A DNA stretch of 62,970 nucleotides, counting the filler, from Gonapodya sp. JEL0774 (lineage: Eukaryota): NCBI GenBank assembly GCA_027604505.1. It is 9 parts of 9 records of this genome, joined end to end, with 100 filler letters (N's around TTAATTAATTAA, not from the genome) between each part and the next. Parts side by side here need not be neighbours in the genome. Positions count along the whole stretch, not along the records: positions 49,126 to 55,998 come from JADIIX010000554.1; positions 56,099 to 62,970 come from JADIIX010000555.1; 7 more parts are not named here. One strand, given 5' to 3'. The position numbers and the translations under genes are program-made. How positions within the stretch are numbered: position 1 is the first letter of the stretch; every line of letters starts with the position of its first letter. A model generated the notes under the pieces. The model saw only the letters and a list, made by a program, of their open reading frames with translations. It searched no databases and had not been told where the DNA came from. Shown in pieces: positions 49,126 through 62,611 of the stretch.

Positions 49126-50286
49126 ACTGAGAACTCCCCAGCAACATCCAATCCAGTTGAAGGCAGTTTCCCCGTTCTGTTTTCCGGCATTTGGGTAGAT
49201 TTCTTCGCCATGTTCTGTTCCCACTCTCGTAATTCGTGTGATGCGGGCTCTCTTCCTCTCATGTGGCCGGTGGCTTCAAAACTGCTGCGCACCGTGACGC
49301 AACGGAAACTGCTCCAATCTGTGTATCGATCGTCTCCCAAATGGTTGATGCTTTCACAAGTACGCGAGATCTGTGACTCCTCCTGGACCCTTCTGAGTCG
49401 TGCTCCTGCATTTGTGGTTGTGTATTGTGTATTCACCTCTGGTGATAGGCATCAGGAATATCGGGCATCTTCTAAGGAATCTCATGCGCATTGCAAATGT
49501 GAGCTTCAGATAGGACTTTTTAGGACATATGCTGGACGATGGATGCAGGATGATGGCGAAAATCCGGTTATCCTTGCACGACGTGTCAATCCACGAAGAA
49601 GCGCGAATAGTGGATAAGCATCATGCGTTCTTCTGAATTCTTCACTCACTGGTGTGTGGCTCTGAATCTTAAGAACGTGACAGTGCTTGAGTTCCAGAAC
49701 CACCATCCAATTAGCATGATCCAATGCACACCACCTTTATATTTAATCCATTATGCCCGCAAGCAATCCCGGCATCCGAGTACACACATCTCGCTGTGCC
49801 ATCAAAAGCAAGGGCTATAGAAACCAAACATGTCTCCACTTTTGCCGGTCGGGCGCGATTGAGGTGGCTCGGACGGAGGTACTAGGGGATACACTCTCCA
49901 AGACGGAGCGATCTATAAATCGACTCAATGCCTGAAAGCCGCCAAAAGCACATATAGAAAGGTTTGAGGTATCACGGAATCGTTCTGTGAGCAAAATCGA
50001 CTGCTGCTTGAGAACAAACTCAGAGCCTTCCGGAGTGGGAGTGTATGCGCTCGAGTTCGTTCTGAAGCGTCTGTCGACTTGTGTGCACTCCTCATTGTGC
50101 TGCAATGTGAAGCAAATCCAAGACATAGTTGTTGACCAGTAACAGGAGCATGAGACATGTGGGTGGCACCTCTCATGCTCCCCATCATCTACGGCTAGCA
50201 TGAAAGAACAGAAATGGACGAAGCTCTTCTGACGGGTTCATGGACGGGTTCATGGACGGGTTCATGGACGGTTTTTCACACGAGTG
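49126..50286 (-). mobile_element. Probable end of a second CACTA-like DNA transposon, truncated by the contig edge
   Basis: Minus strand starts CACTCGTGTGAAAAA, followed by 12-bp subterminal repeats (plus strand GACGGGTTCATG x3.4 at 50231-50271). Interior frames are broken and the partner TIR is not in the window. Confidence 0.4.
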
Positions 50287-51381
50287 ATATTCAGGAAGGT
50301 GAGTGTCGTTTTGGCTGAGTTGCCCTTTTCCCCAAGACATTATAAGAGCCAACATGCCTACAGAGATGCACTGAATATAAAGTAGAGAGCATTCTTAAAG
50401 AATTACGTTCCTTCGTATGTTGTTGGCACCCACGGCTGACGTGGTCCCAAACTTGCTCCACCTGAAGATACACTGTAATCTGCCCCCAGGTGCTTTACAC
50501 ATCGATTATCTACGTGTCATTTTCAGTTCAAGTCCTTGACTTGCATGTCCGCGCGTTGTCAAGTCATGTTGTCATTCCAAATATGGACATATGACAGGGA
50601 GAGGAAACACATTTCACTTCCTCCACATTCAGGTCGTCCAAAAGCGAGAGTCCAAAGAAGGACATCCAAACGTTGCCTTAAAGTTGTTTGTATGAAGAGC
50701 GTCAAAGCTTGCGGGGGTGAATGAATTCTCGTTGGAAGCCGCGGAAACAGAGGGCTGTGTTTCCGACCCTGCTTCGCCACACTCTGGTACCGTGTTCCTG
50801 TTCAAGTACGGTGGGTGACCTCGTTGTTTCCCGTTTCACTCACAAAAGAAATCAAATCTTATCGAGCTGGCGACAGTCGCAAACGGGTTCTGTCATTGAT
50901 TTAGTACTCCAAAGAGCCCAGTCGGTGGTTTCGAACGGCTTTGGGTTTGGTTAGGCATCGTCACCTCTTTAGCAGGAACACGGTGAGTTGTTCAGTTCAC
51001 GAGTGGGTGAGAGGCGCAGAGGACGGCGAACTTTGAATGAAGTTACGTACAGAGCGCTTCCTGCCCTGAAGAAGTCCCTGGCCGGAAAAAGTGATTGCGT
51101 CATGAATCATGTTCGGTTCGTTGATCATTCGAGCTCAGCAGGCTCTTGCGGTCGCGTGACACTCAACACCACGAAAGGACAGTTCCAATATCGAGTTTAC
51201 ATCTCGTGGTTGATTTTCTACCCGCTTTTCCTTGTTTCACTAGAGCTCGCCTCGTTTCCCGTGACAGGTCCCGGCGGCGGTTTGGGCTTTCATTCGAGTG
51301 TGGGACGCTACATCAGCACTGAAACGAGCTTTATCGAGAATCAGCTCCATCGCATCTTATTTTAATCCTAATTCATCTCTG

Positions 51382-54248
51382 ATGGACGTCGACGCTGCAC
51401 CGCAAACCCACCCCGATGGACCCACTTTGGGTCCCCTCCCTGACCCGTCTGGTACGTCGATAGAGCATCACCACACCCCCACGGAACACAAATGTGTCGA
51501 TGACGTGGAAATGGAATCGGGAGAGCCGTCGCGAACGTATTTGGAGCCGCTGAAGGTGAGTACTCTCGAGGAGGATCCTCACGGTGTTGGAGGATGCATG
51601 AGCCGAGCGAGGGAGTACTTACCGCGGGCGGAATGGAAGAATCCGACGCGATTTTAGCCGTTCTTCGAAATAGTATCGTTGTGATGCTCGCGGGCGTTTG
51701 CATTGACGTTTTCTTGGTGTCTCAGGACCCCGTTGACGGAGTGCAGAGTGCCCTCGCAGAAACAAGACATTTCCGTTACACCGAGCGACATCGGTAAGTA
51801 GATTCATTCTTCAGTAATACAATCACCAGTTACATTACTTGGATGTGCATTACTCTCTATGTCAGTCTGCCTTCCGACTTTCATCCCCACATCACGTTGC
51901 CCACGGCTACCGATCCCTCCAGATCCTCTCAAGACTCCAGTTGGAGTGCTTCCTCCTCTGCATCCCCCCTCACTCCCAATTTATTAAACGTATCAGAAGC
52001 CGCCCTTGGTAGTGCGTCCCCTTCTCGCTCACTGTCGGCTTCTACACCTCCACAGTTGGCAAATCTTGTCACGGGACTCCGAATCAACGACACTCCTCAA
52101 CCTGCAATAAAGCGAGACGCACCAGTTGGTTCCGGGCCCTCCACGTTGATCGAGGCGACCACACCGACCTACCCTTCATCCGACAGCTCCGGGGCAGCAT
52201 CTTTCACCCGCAAACGCCAGTTCGCCGGTCTGCGCGAACGCAGCACCGCCCTCAAAACACCAACTTCTATTCCAATGATGTTGAGACTGGACCAACCCGG
52301 TCTTGCTGAAGTGTTGACTGGAGATCGTGTCCCGACCGCCGCCGAAGCGTCGGAGTCTCCGACACCAGGGTCGCTTGAACCACGAGTTCTGAGTTACAAG
52401 GGAGCAGACGGTGGAGTGCAGTCGAGACGGGAGACTTCACATCTGGATGAGCATCCAAGGATTCAGCTCGAGGGCACTGCCGGGATCTCCTCGGGGAGTA
52501 ACCCAGCAACACTCGCGATACCGCAAAGGGATTCTCCTCTGCCGTCGCCCTCAGCATCTCCTGCACGACGATCCACCTCCTCTCCAGCGACGACATCGAG
52601 AAAGTCCTCTCAACACCGCCGGCACCTCTCCTCCGCGGAGCCGTTAGACTTTTTGGCAGACGTCGCCGTGATGGGATCAACGACACCAGGGCGCAAGATT
52701 CTCGACGAGGGTGGAGACATGGATGCCGATGTTGCGGGGGAGGATCCGGCAGACGACATGGCCACTGTCGTTGCGGGTGCCGCTATTCTCCAACGATTGC
52801 CGTCCCCTCCTGGTGCTGGATCCGTTCGGTCGACGACAGCGGTCACACTGCCACCTGTCGGTTCGATCCTTCCTCATTCGATGCTCAGTGGTCGTGTCTA
52901 TGCGCAAGCAACTCGAAGATTGTCACACGGCGCGCTGCCATCCTTCTTCCCCCCGCCACCTCAGCAGCAAGGCACCTTTCAGGCATCCAGGCCGATGGTG
53001 TCGTCTGAGGGTCCTAGCAGGCACTCCGCAGATCCTCATTCACAGCAGGCCGTTCCCGTCTACTACCATCCACCGTCCCCTGCACCCGCACAGATGGTAT
53101 CCCCGCAATCATATTCGGCGAACATGATTGCGTCCCCTCGCCCGACTTTATACATGCACCAATCTCAGGGTTCAACGCCTGTTCCTCAAGTTGGATTTCA
53201 TCACGGATCCCGATCCATGTCACTGTCACCACCCGCAGCCGCCACTCGAATGCAAAGTCCTCCGAGTATGTCCTTCCTCCCTCCCCCGGCATCTCTGCCA
53301 CCTCCGCCACCGGGATACGTGTATGTTCCGATATCAGCCCTTCCACAATTCACACCTGGTTCCACTGCTCCGTATCCAACCCCGCAGCCGCAGTTTCGGC
53401 CTCCGTCACAGCAGACCGCATACGGTCACCTTGCTCCTGTAATCCTCGGAGCAAATGGTCAGGTTATACTAGCGCCCAGCGCCCAGCCGTTAATGGTTCA
53501 TCGTAATGGTGTTGGTTTGTCAGGTCCCAGCTCGTCGACCGTTCCTCAAATGATGATCGTACCCAACAATCCTGCAACAGCGCAAGGATCGCTCACACAT
53601 CAGCAAATGCAGCAACCAACGCCACCTCGAGTGTCTTGGGCTCTTCCGGCCCCATCATCCACCACTCACTCTCCCAAGACCGGGCCACTGGGAGGAGCGA
53701 ATCTTGGCCGATCTCTTTCCGATGGCCAAGCGTCGCACTCAGCGTTACACCCTTCGAGTGCATTAGGCAGCGACGAAGTATCTTCTCGCAAAAGAACTCG
53801 GGCTCGGAGTGCAGATCCTGCTGGGAGCGCGCTTGCGGATGCAACGCCTCCCCGCCCAACAACGAGTATATCGAACGTCAGCCATCAATCCACTGACTCT
53901 ATTCACTCCCCAGCGACTCGATCTCCGCAACCTCCAAGCTCCCCACCTCCCCTCTCGGATGCGCCTGGATCGACTAGGCATCGCAACACCCCAAATACAG
54001 GATCTGGGGTGTCTCGGTCAGGCTCGGCGAGGCGGAACCGACATTCCAAGAGCCATAGCTATGGTGGCCCTAATGCAGGGTCGCAAGCGGTGGTTCCGGC
54101 CATTGCAGAAGAGCGAGAAGAGGACGATGATGAAGAGGGAGACGATAAGCGGAAGAAGAGAGTCCCGTGGAGTACCAAGTACGGGTTTCAGGTAGGGAAG
54201 CAGGATTGGGGTGGAGGCTGGACTTGGAGACCATGGACAACGAGGTGA
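51382..54248 (+). CDS. Large S/P/Q-rich disordered protein, probably a nuclear regulator; true 3' end uncertain
   Basis: 801-codon ORF plus upstream exons. Contains LDFLADVA and TLPPVGSIL short motifs and an acidic/basic tail EEDDDEEGDDKRKKRVPWS followed by a splice donor. Confidence 0.6.
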
Positions 54249-54782
54249 TCTGAGGATCTTGAGAATCTTGAAGCTGAACTCGCGCATAAAGTAATGGTTG
54301 GAGGCGTCCTGTCGTTTTATTGGCGCAGTTCTTGGAACCGGGCGCGGGCGCCAAAAGTCACCAAACCAAGAATGACGGCAAGGAATTTTGAAGAGTAGGG
54401 AGCAATATCAGTTATCTTCACCAGTCGAGAAACAGTTGGGTTGGGAATGCACGCTTGGCCACTTCGGTCCCTCACGATGACCCCATTTTGCATCCATTTC
54501 ATTGTGTAATTGTACATTACTGTAAAGCTTCAGTCAAATTCAGAAGTTGTTTTCAATACCTGAGAAGAAAGTAGTTTGTCCAACAAATGTCCATTGACTG
54601 GCCACTGTCATCATGGTAGGTGCGCAACTGAAATCCACTACTGCGAGTTCGAGCATTCCGTTCACAAAGGAGACTATTTTAGTTCATGCTGCCACGAGGT
54701 TCGTCCACAGTCGCATGTTCTCCTTGTGTCTTGCCGACGATTTATCTGGTTGTCGCCGTCAGCGATTATAGCCGCTGGTCAT

Positions 54783-55793
54783 ATGCGTCTGACAGATGAC
54801 GCCGACGTTTCAGCGATCACAAGCTCCATTGGAAGCCTCACGATCTCACCTACCAAGAAACAACCTTGTGCAATCCTAATCACTCTTAATTTGACTGGAG
54901 TTTTATTTGATCGGCTTTGCGGAGGTCGTTTTCCAGACGAGGATGAGAGACCCCCACCGCACCCCAGCCTCGTGGACTGCAAGATTAACTCCTACCTTGT
55001 ATCATTCCGGCCCAACATGGAAGCGTTTCTTGAGTTCCTTTTCGAAAATTTCCACGTGGCTACATGGAGCGGGGCCACGGTGAAGAACACAGTCCCACTT
55101 CAGGATGCCACCTTTTCTGTCAGCAAAACACGTCTTCTCAGGTTCGAATGGGGTCAATCCTAACGTGACAGAAGTGAAGAAATGCCCAGCAAGTTTGAAA
55201 AAGATCTTTCCAAGGTGTTGACGGAGTTTGCGCACATATACAATGAGGTGGGAATATCGGGAGAATCTGCTTCTACTTCTACGGTTTCGAGGCGGACCAA
55301 AGAAGATTCATCTCTCTTCTAAAAGCGCAACACAGTAATTCTTCGGGATAGCCTGTCCAATGGTCCTCCTCCAAAACAACCCAGGAACTCGCTGTTAGTG
55401 CCGGGTTTCGACGCATCAAAGAACATCGAGGAGGTGAATGCAGATGGCATTTTGCTCGATCTCATGGGGTATCTCATGGATCTGCGGAATGCGTTTGAGG
55501 CGGGCGAGAAGAACCCTGACGGGAGCGCTGGGGACGTACGCGCTTTCATGAGCCAGCATGGGTTCTGCGACCCAAACGGCAATCAGGAGTCTACAGTATC
55601 CGTACAACGCAAGGAAAACATTCTCAGTCCCTATCGTCACTTCAGAGTGCACCGTCGTGATGGATACTGGGCCTACAAAGGGAAATTTGTTGGAACGAAC
55701 GAGTCTGGGGAGGTTGTCAAATTGTTTGATCTTGGAGCCAACTCGCAAAATGGGAGAGGTCGCGGTGGATATGGGAGGAATCGTCGATGGTAA
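54783..55793 (+). pseudogene. NIF/FCP1-like HAD phosphatase domain gene with an in-frame stop and degenerate catalytic motifs
   Basis: LITLNLTGVL (DLxGxL-like), FRPNMEAFLEFLFENFHVATWSGA, KDLSKV and NTVILRDS. TAA at 55161-55163 lies inside the domain. Confidence 0.7.
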
Positions 55794-55998
55794 ACGAGAG
55801 TACGAATTTTCATCGAGGTTGGAAACAACATAGGAGGACATGGAGTTTGCATTTGCTTGGAAATCTGGTTTTTCCCAAACTGAGAAGTATCAATACATTT
55901 CTGCAACCATTAACAACAATTAAAAAAATAAAGAGTCCCGTCCCTTCCTGAATAGCAAAAGATAGAAAGTAATGTTCACTTTGTTACTCACTAGGTTG

Positions 55999-56098
55999 NN
56001 NNNNNNNNNNNNNNNNNNNNNNNNNNNNNNNNNNNNNNNNNNTTAATTAATTAANNNNNNNNNNNNNNNNNNNNNNNNNNNNNNNNNNNNNNNNNNNN
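55999..56098. other. Artificial contig spacer
   Basis: N44-TTAATTAATTAA-N44. Confidence 0.99.
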
Positions 56099-56173
56099 CG
56101 TGTTTGAATAAGTAAATCATACCACTCAACACTTTGGACCTGTGAGGACTGAAAACATTCACCATGAAAGGTA
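56099..56173 (+). mobile_element. Ty1/copia integrase fragment, left of the transposon insertion
   Basis: FGPVRTENIHHER joins YMLLVVDE at 62612+ in frame once the insertion and one TA are removed. Confidence 0.75.
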
Positions 56174-56448
56174 CACCACCGCGGATTTCCTACCTAAACT
56201 TATCTAGACCACGAGTAGATTCTACCTAAGCATTCTATCTAAGTCTAGGTAGAGATAATATTATCTACACATGTCTTCTAGGTGTCTTTTTTTTACCTAG
56301 ATAGAACCTATCTATGATTTAGGTCTGCATCCTGGCAATTTGGTCCCGTTCTATTTGCTGTTTTGTAGTAAAACAAATGAAACTTCTCTTTGTATTCGCA
56401 CTTTGCAAAAGTATCACCCTACTATTATCTGACTCGACAGTTTTACAC

Positions 56449-58063
56449 CTACAGTTCCTCCCCTTCAGCACCGCTCTGCTCTGCTCCTAGACCTCCTGCA
56501 CCGCTCGTTGTGTCACTTCCCGATCCAGAGTTGGATGCTTTCCGTTTGAGAGATGGTTCCTTCGCCTTGATTGGATCTCGACGTGCTGGTCCAGTCCTTG
56601 TGTATTGTTGTTCATCACTTCGGACGATCGCATCAATGCGGCGTGCGAGATTATGGCCGTCCTCGTCCTCATCAGAATCATCCTCAATCTCCGCTAAAGT
56701 GGCTCCATTTGCGGGGCTTGAGCAGGAATTAGTACGGGATCAGTATTGGCGTTTGGCAATTCACTCACATGTACGGTGCCAACTTTGCATCAAGCTCTGG
56801 CCAGAACGTCTTCCCATGATCAACTTCTGAGCCAAAGTGACGCTGGATAGAGATCTACTAATGAAAGTAACACGAGACGACATACTAAGACACTCACGAT
56901 CAAAGCGAACCTTGCCCTGAGTTCTGGAGTAATCGACTCTCGATTTAACTTCAAGCACTTGCAGATCCAATCAGTAAGGGCATGCTTGCTGTAATCGTGC
57001 TCACTGAGGCCAAGAATCTATCCAGAAGCAATCACTCCGGAATGAAGCTACTTGGTCGAGCTCATGGGTGGACAAACTCACCACATTTTTGAGGCCCGAT
57101 TTGTCATTGGGTACACGTTGGCCCAAAAACGAAGAGAGTTCTTGATTTCTCTTATACGCATCTGTTGTCTGCCGCTTGAACTTCTTCTCCGAGAGGTAGC
57201 GATCCTTGCAGGGTGTTGCACAATGAGAACCGTCAAGGAAGCATCATGAATAGCCCGCTTACCATCACTGAATTTGGATTCACGGCTGAATAGACTACAG
57301 CTGGATCTCGGAGCATGTCCTGAACAATTTGGCCAAGTGCTGTCTGTAAAAGAAAACTGAGTGTCAATAGATATCGTTTGCAAAGACTTGGAACCCCCAT
57401 TACACTGATCACACCAAGGTGCCCTTTCCAGTATCCACCATGCCAGACGTTTGCGCTGCTGAGGGAGCTGAAACTGGTGCTGTTGAAGCTTTTGCGTCCA
57501 ATCGTTGAATCAAAATATCCAATTTCGTTTCGAGCCTTGTCATGAAATGGAATAGTGCCTGCAAAAAAGACAATCCATTAGAAAGACATGCAAATCTAAG
57601 TAGGTTGAAGTGAAGAAACCTCGTTTTATATCTTGTCAGGCGAGGGTGCGGAAGGCGGTTCTGATACTGCTCGATATGACGTCAGAGATGCACGCGAGGG
57701 AGGCCGAGCTCCAGCTGCCCCCATATGAGACTGCGACTGTAAATTCGGCATAATTGGTGTACGGTTTGAAGTCTGAGTCAGTGTACGCTGTTGAGCAATG
57801 TGCGGTGAAGGTGGGGAAGGATAGCTTGGCATTGGCTGATTGAAGTTGTACTGTGAAGACAAGTCCCCAAACGACCCCTGCTGGAAGGGTTCGTTGAGGA
57901 ACTGATTGAGATCGTTGGGTGGTGGAAACAGACTTGTATCGTAGTGGGTGGAGGGCGATCCGAATGGAGAATTAGGGGGGAAAGGGGTCCTGCTTCTGAT
58001 GGTTCCTGGTCCATACTGGCTCCCTGCTGGATCAAGGTGCGATCCAGAATGCTGAGAATCCAT
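56449..58063 (-). CDS. Second (accessory) gene of the transposon, spliced and possibly damaged
   Basis: P/S/Q-rich N-terminus, a KTFWPELDAKL motif and an acidic tail. It lies inside the TIRs downstream of the transposase. Confidence 0.5.
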
Positions 58064-58330
58064 GATAGAGAGCTTTGAACTGTGATACGTAGGATATCCT
58101 GAATTTGAAAAGCTTGAGGGTTCGGCATCGGAAGTGTGTACCGCTGTGTGTGAACGCATTGTCAGCACAAACTCACCGCAGAAAATAATTATAAAGTTCT
58201 CCAACCAAACCGCAGCTCATTCAAAACAAAGGCACCATCCGCAAAGTTATGCGAACACTTCCACTTCTTTTTGACGAGCTCAAGTTTACATGTCCGAAAT
58301 TCTTGAATGACCATGAATGCAGGTTGAATG

Positions 58331-61300
58331 TCATTGAAGAGATGAAAAATCCAGCTCACCTGCACGCAAGCAATCGTGCTGTAAGTTCACACTTCTCTCT
58401 ACTTGATCAGTAAACACCACACAGATCTCATCCGTTCTCAACTGAAGCTGGCGGTTCCCAATGATGTCTCGCGAGGCAAGTGTGGCAAAAGGGCGACAAA
58501 GAATAACATCTAGAAAAAGGCCGCGTACCCATAGTCTGATAATCAGCTCGATTTGACATATCATGGGTGTCTGGGAGATGGAGCGGTAAGACTAACGGCA
58601 TGTCACTTGCAAGAACCCGCTGAACAAGAACACTCACCCCGGAGACCTCAAAGTCCCAGCCATTGTGAAGAAGCTCTCCTGAGCGTGCATACACCCCACT
58701 GTACGTAGCTCCATTTGCAAAAAAACCTGATATATCATGTGTTCCCTCGAGGGCTTCACCAACAATGCTCCGGAAATTGGGTGGAGTTGCACTAGATTGC
58801 TGAATCTGCTTGAGGAAATTCGTGGGCGATATAAGATGGCTGAATTTCTGAACAAGTGATCCGGCATACGAGGCCCGGAAGACTAAACACATCATGATCG
58901 CCCGCATAAGTGAGGACAGGGTCATATTGTAAAGAACAAGAACAGTCACTCACCTCCGACTCCACTTCGAGATGAATTGTCCAGATCATCTGCATCCACA
59001 AGCCCAAACACAGTCTTGAATACTGGGTCGGTGCCCACGGCAAGTAGCTGGGGCTCCAGAACCACCCGTGTCCCATCGTCACACATCCACGAACCCCCTT
59101 GCAGCATATAAGTAAGGGCATATGCACGCGCAAACTTTGTAGTGACGTCTCGACCTGGAGACTGCCGGTTGGTGTGAGACAGATGGAGCCGAACTCTACC
59201 ATTAAGCTGTTCACCCTTCTCGGTAGAATTCCCGATAAGTGGTCCAAATCGTCTAATGAAGTCTGGGAAATGAAGTATTTGGTGTACTTTGATAAGTTTG
59301 AAACGGTTGGGAGAGTAGCTGAAACGAGAAACTTGAGATGACCACGCAACAACAGTCTCCAGAATTCAATGGTTGACAGAGAGCTTACACGTGCAACGTT
59401 TGGATCAAAGCTGCCGTCGCCAATTCAAGCTCTGCAAGGTACAAGTCCAAGTTCGCAATTTCCGATTGGTGGATGAGGACAATGAGGCGACTTGTACAAA
59501 CAACAACATCAAGAAAATTTGTTGGAAGTTTGAAATCCCCACGACCGAAGCTTGCAGTTCTTGAAGAAGCCAACATGACTTGCAGAGAATGGGTCGGTGC
59601 TAAGGTGGGGAGCAGAGAGGTTGTCGAAGTGTCGCTTGATATTCTTGATGATTGGCTTGAGCTGCGAGAGTGACGGCTTGAAGAATCGGGCTCGCTCTCT
59701 TCATTCATGTTGTTTCTGTGTCTGTCTGACAAAGCCTTATCCTCGTCCTTGTCTGACTCGCTTTCCGGATTGTCCGCATCTACATCACTCTCCCTGCTCC
59801 TTGAGCCACTTTGTGGCCGGCGGGTAGGCTTTGGAGCAACACAAGGTGTCTTAGTACTTGATTGGGGATGCCGAACAAGAAATGTAAACCAGAGGTAAGC
59901 GAAAGGCATGATCTTTCAGGGAGTTAGGCAAAGCAAATTCCGCAGGTAAGAAGACCCGGAACAACGTTACTAGGGAACACATCACCTGTGACATAAGCTT
60001 AAAATCCTTTCCTGCCATTGAACCCACATGTCGAGATGACCGCCTCCCTGTGATTCGATGTGGAAGTCCCTGCTGGTTGAGCGACTCGAACACAGCTTCG
60101 AGCTGCAATTTTGACTCGTCAGAGATGAGAAACTGTCGTCCATCCAAAAAATTGCGTTTAGGAAGCCCCAGGTCCCAGTGCAAAATCTCAGCATCGCTGT
60201 CGAGGTAAGGATCGTATCCTGGAGCTTCCAAGAAGACATTGTTGAGAACATTACCATCCTCCCGGTCATCCACCAGTCCCACAGCCTTGAGATGCCTGTC
60301 GGCATTTCCTTTTCCAGCCCTCATTGCATTCGGTCGCAGTTTCCCCCGGGTAGGCTTAGATGCTCGAATCATTCGCGACTGATTTTGGAGGAAAGCAAAG
60401 TTATTTATGGGAACTGGAAATGAACATATGAATTCACAGTGTGGTGAAGACTAACCTCCTGAAGAATCTGCATCATCTCCTCTTTCGATCTGCGGGGGCC
60501 CACCAACCAACCCGTTTCAGCATCACCAAGGCAGTTACGACAGAACTTTTTCCGGCAGGTTTTTCGAGTGGCAGTGACCTGGAAGAAAACATTGTCCATC
60601 GTGATCAACACACACCTGAGCATTGACGCGAACTCACTTTATTCATTCGAGGATTGTCTGCAGAAACGTGGAAAATATGGGAGGTTGCAAACACCTCCTC
60701 TTGAAATGCTTCACTCCAAGCAAAGAATCCCTCCTCGGCAACCATGCCGCTTTTTCGCTGATGGGCCTCAGCCATCTGAAGAACTTCAATGGGAGGGCGT
60801 GCAGTCGAAACAAAAAATTGATGAGCGAGCCGATTGTTGACGTCATATCCAAGACCAGGGAAGGTAACAGAAAAATTTTCGTAGTAATCGAAGCGCTTGC
60901 TTCGGGACCCTGAGAACTCATCGCTGTGTCGAGCAAACATGAAATCTATCCACTCTCTGCACAAGCACAGGCAATAATGACAAGCAAAGTTTGCAACTCA
61001 CCTAAAGATCGTACGTGGCATCACAACGTGGCGCTTGTCACCACATTTCTCCCGAAGTGGGTGCGGAGTCACAAACATGCGGATGAGATCCGTCTCGTGA
61101 ACAACAGCCAAGCATAAGGATCCGGAGCGCTGGTCCACATCTGCACAGCCTACTATATGGAAACTTTTGTGACGCTCTCTCAAATGCCTTGGCGCTGATG
61201 AGGTAAAGGGCACCCGAACATAACTAAGATTGTCCACCAGCAAGTCGAATGTCTGGGATATGTCCACAAAAAACGTGACACCATGGTCATTTGAGAGAAC

Positions 61301-62359
61301 TCTCCGTGAACGGGCCACCAGCGCTCCTGCATCCAGTTCCAGAAACTGGACAACCTGGACAATCCCCTGGTATTCCCCGTCCGACCACGAATCATGGAAA
61401 TCCCCCACCCACAGTAAGGTTCCATCGCTTCTCCTTGTGTTAACGACTTGACAATAGGGATTAGTGTGGTACTTTGCTCCTTGTCGTTGGTTTTTAATTC
61501 CGCCCTTCGTGTTGATTTCTGGTAAGATGCCCAAAAGTGGAGAGAGAACGGGACTCCCTAGTACATGGGTCATGACCGACGGCAAATCGATGTGGTGTAG
61601 ATCCTTCTGACCTTGTGTGGTCTCAATGGTGGTGACGTGAACCATGGGGTTGATGGACTCTGGTATTCGTTCGTGTGGTCGACTCCAGTGGCTATCAAAC
61701 GACGATAGATGATCTTCCAGATGTTGTTTTGCATACATCACCAAGTCGTATAGAAGTTGAAACTGAGGCCGAGAGAAAACAATCGCGAGCGAACACCGGA
61801 CCAGAGTGAGTCGCAAGTCCAATCCTGACTCAAACGGTTTTGCCGGATTCCGTCCTGCAGGCTTCACAATACCCTGACGCTCTTTGTAAGGAAGATCATC
61901 GAATTCAAGGGCAGGCGCTGTCTGCATCTCGCCAGCTTGTGATGAGCCGTTCAGACTGGAATCGTTCAGCCATTGGGAAGGGTGAGACGAGAGTGCGCTG
62001 AGAGGCACAGGGGACCATGACGGTGATTCAAGTAGGGGATCTTCACTGTCTGGAATGGAAATCCTTGGCGAAAAAGGACTGGTTCCGCGCTCAGGTGCAG
62101 AGTCGGAATCACGATCCACCATCGGCCGGTCGACTCTTTGCCCCGCAGCACATTCCGCCTGCCTCTGCTCTGACACACTATCTGACGAGTCTGTGTTGCC
62201 ATCACCACCCTTCTTCCGGTGAATTTTGCTTGTCTCGTGGCGGACAAAGTCTCGATGAGCAAATAGTTTCAAAGTCTTGAGGCAAGAGCGGCACAAGAAG
62301 ACGTGTTTGTTTGTTGTTGCTTCTGCCCATGCGAAACTGGTGGCAGCTCCGCTGCTCAT
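58331..62359 (-). CDS. Intron-containing CACTA-like DDE transposase; 3' end approximate
   Basis: N-terminal CRSC..HETSKIH zinc finger; IF|SDEFSGSRSKRF; SADNP; FCRNC; DAEILH; GSMAGKDFKLMSQ; KVHQILHFPDFIRRFGPLIGNSTEKGEQLNGRVR; NLQHDC. Confidence 0.85.
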
Positions 62360-62611
62360 TGCTTTTGAACGTCAAGACACCAAATTAAGAATAAATCTGA
62401 GCCAAGGCTTCCATCGGTGCCATGAAGGGAAAAGTTTCTAGGTCACATGGGGTTGAGACCTCTTGGGGAAGACCTAGGAACAAGATAGATTCCGGATATC
62501 AAGCTTGTTCTACCGAAATCTATGTCTATATAGAATTTAGGCATCTGCTCTAGGTTGTTTACCTAGTTCAAGATAAAAACAAGCGATCTACCTAGAGAAT
62601 CCGCGGTGGTG

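Larger units (their letters stand above)
56174..62611 (-). mobile_element. Complete CACTA/EnSpm (CMC)-like DNA transposon, 6438 bp
   Basis: Perfect 14-bp TIRs CACCACCGCGGATT (56174-56187 and 62598-62611), TA on both flanks, CTACCTAG-like subterminal repeats at both ends, and a transposase plus a second gene. Confidence 0.9.

Noticed and set aside
54150..54575. Homeodomain or Myb domain at the end of the large disordered protein (KRKKRVPWS.., CFQYLRRK)
   Set aside because: I could not build a consistent spliced model, and the WFxNxR motif is absent.
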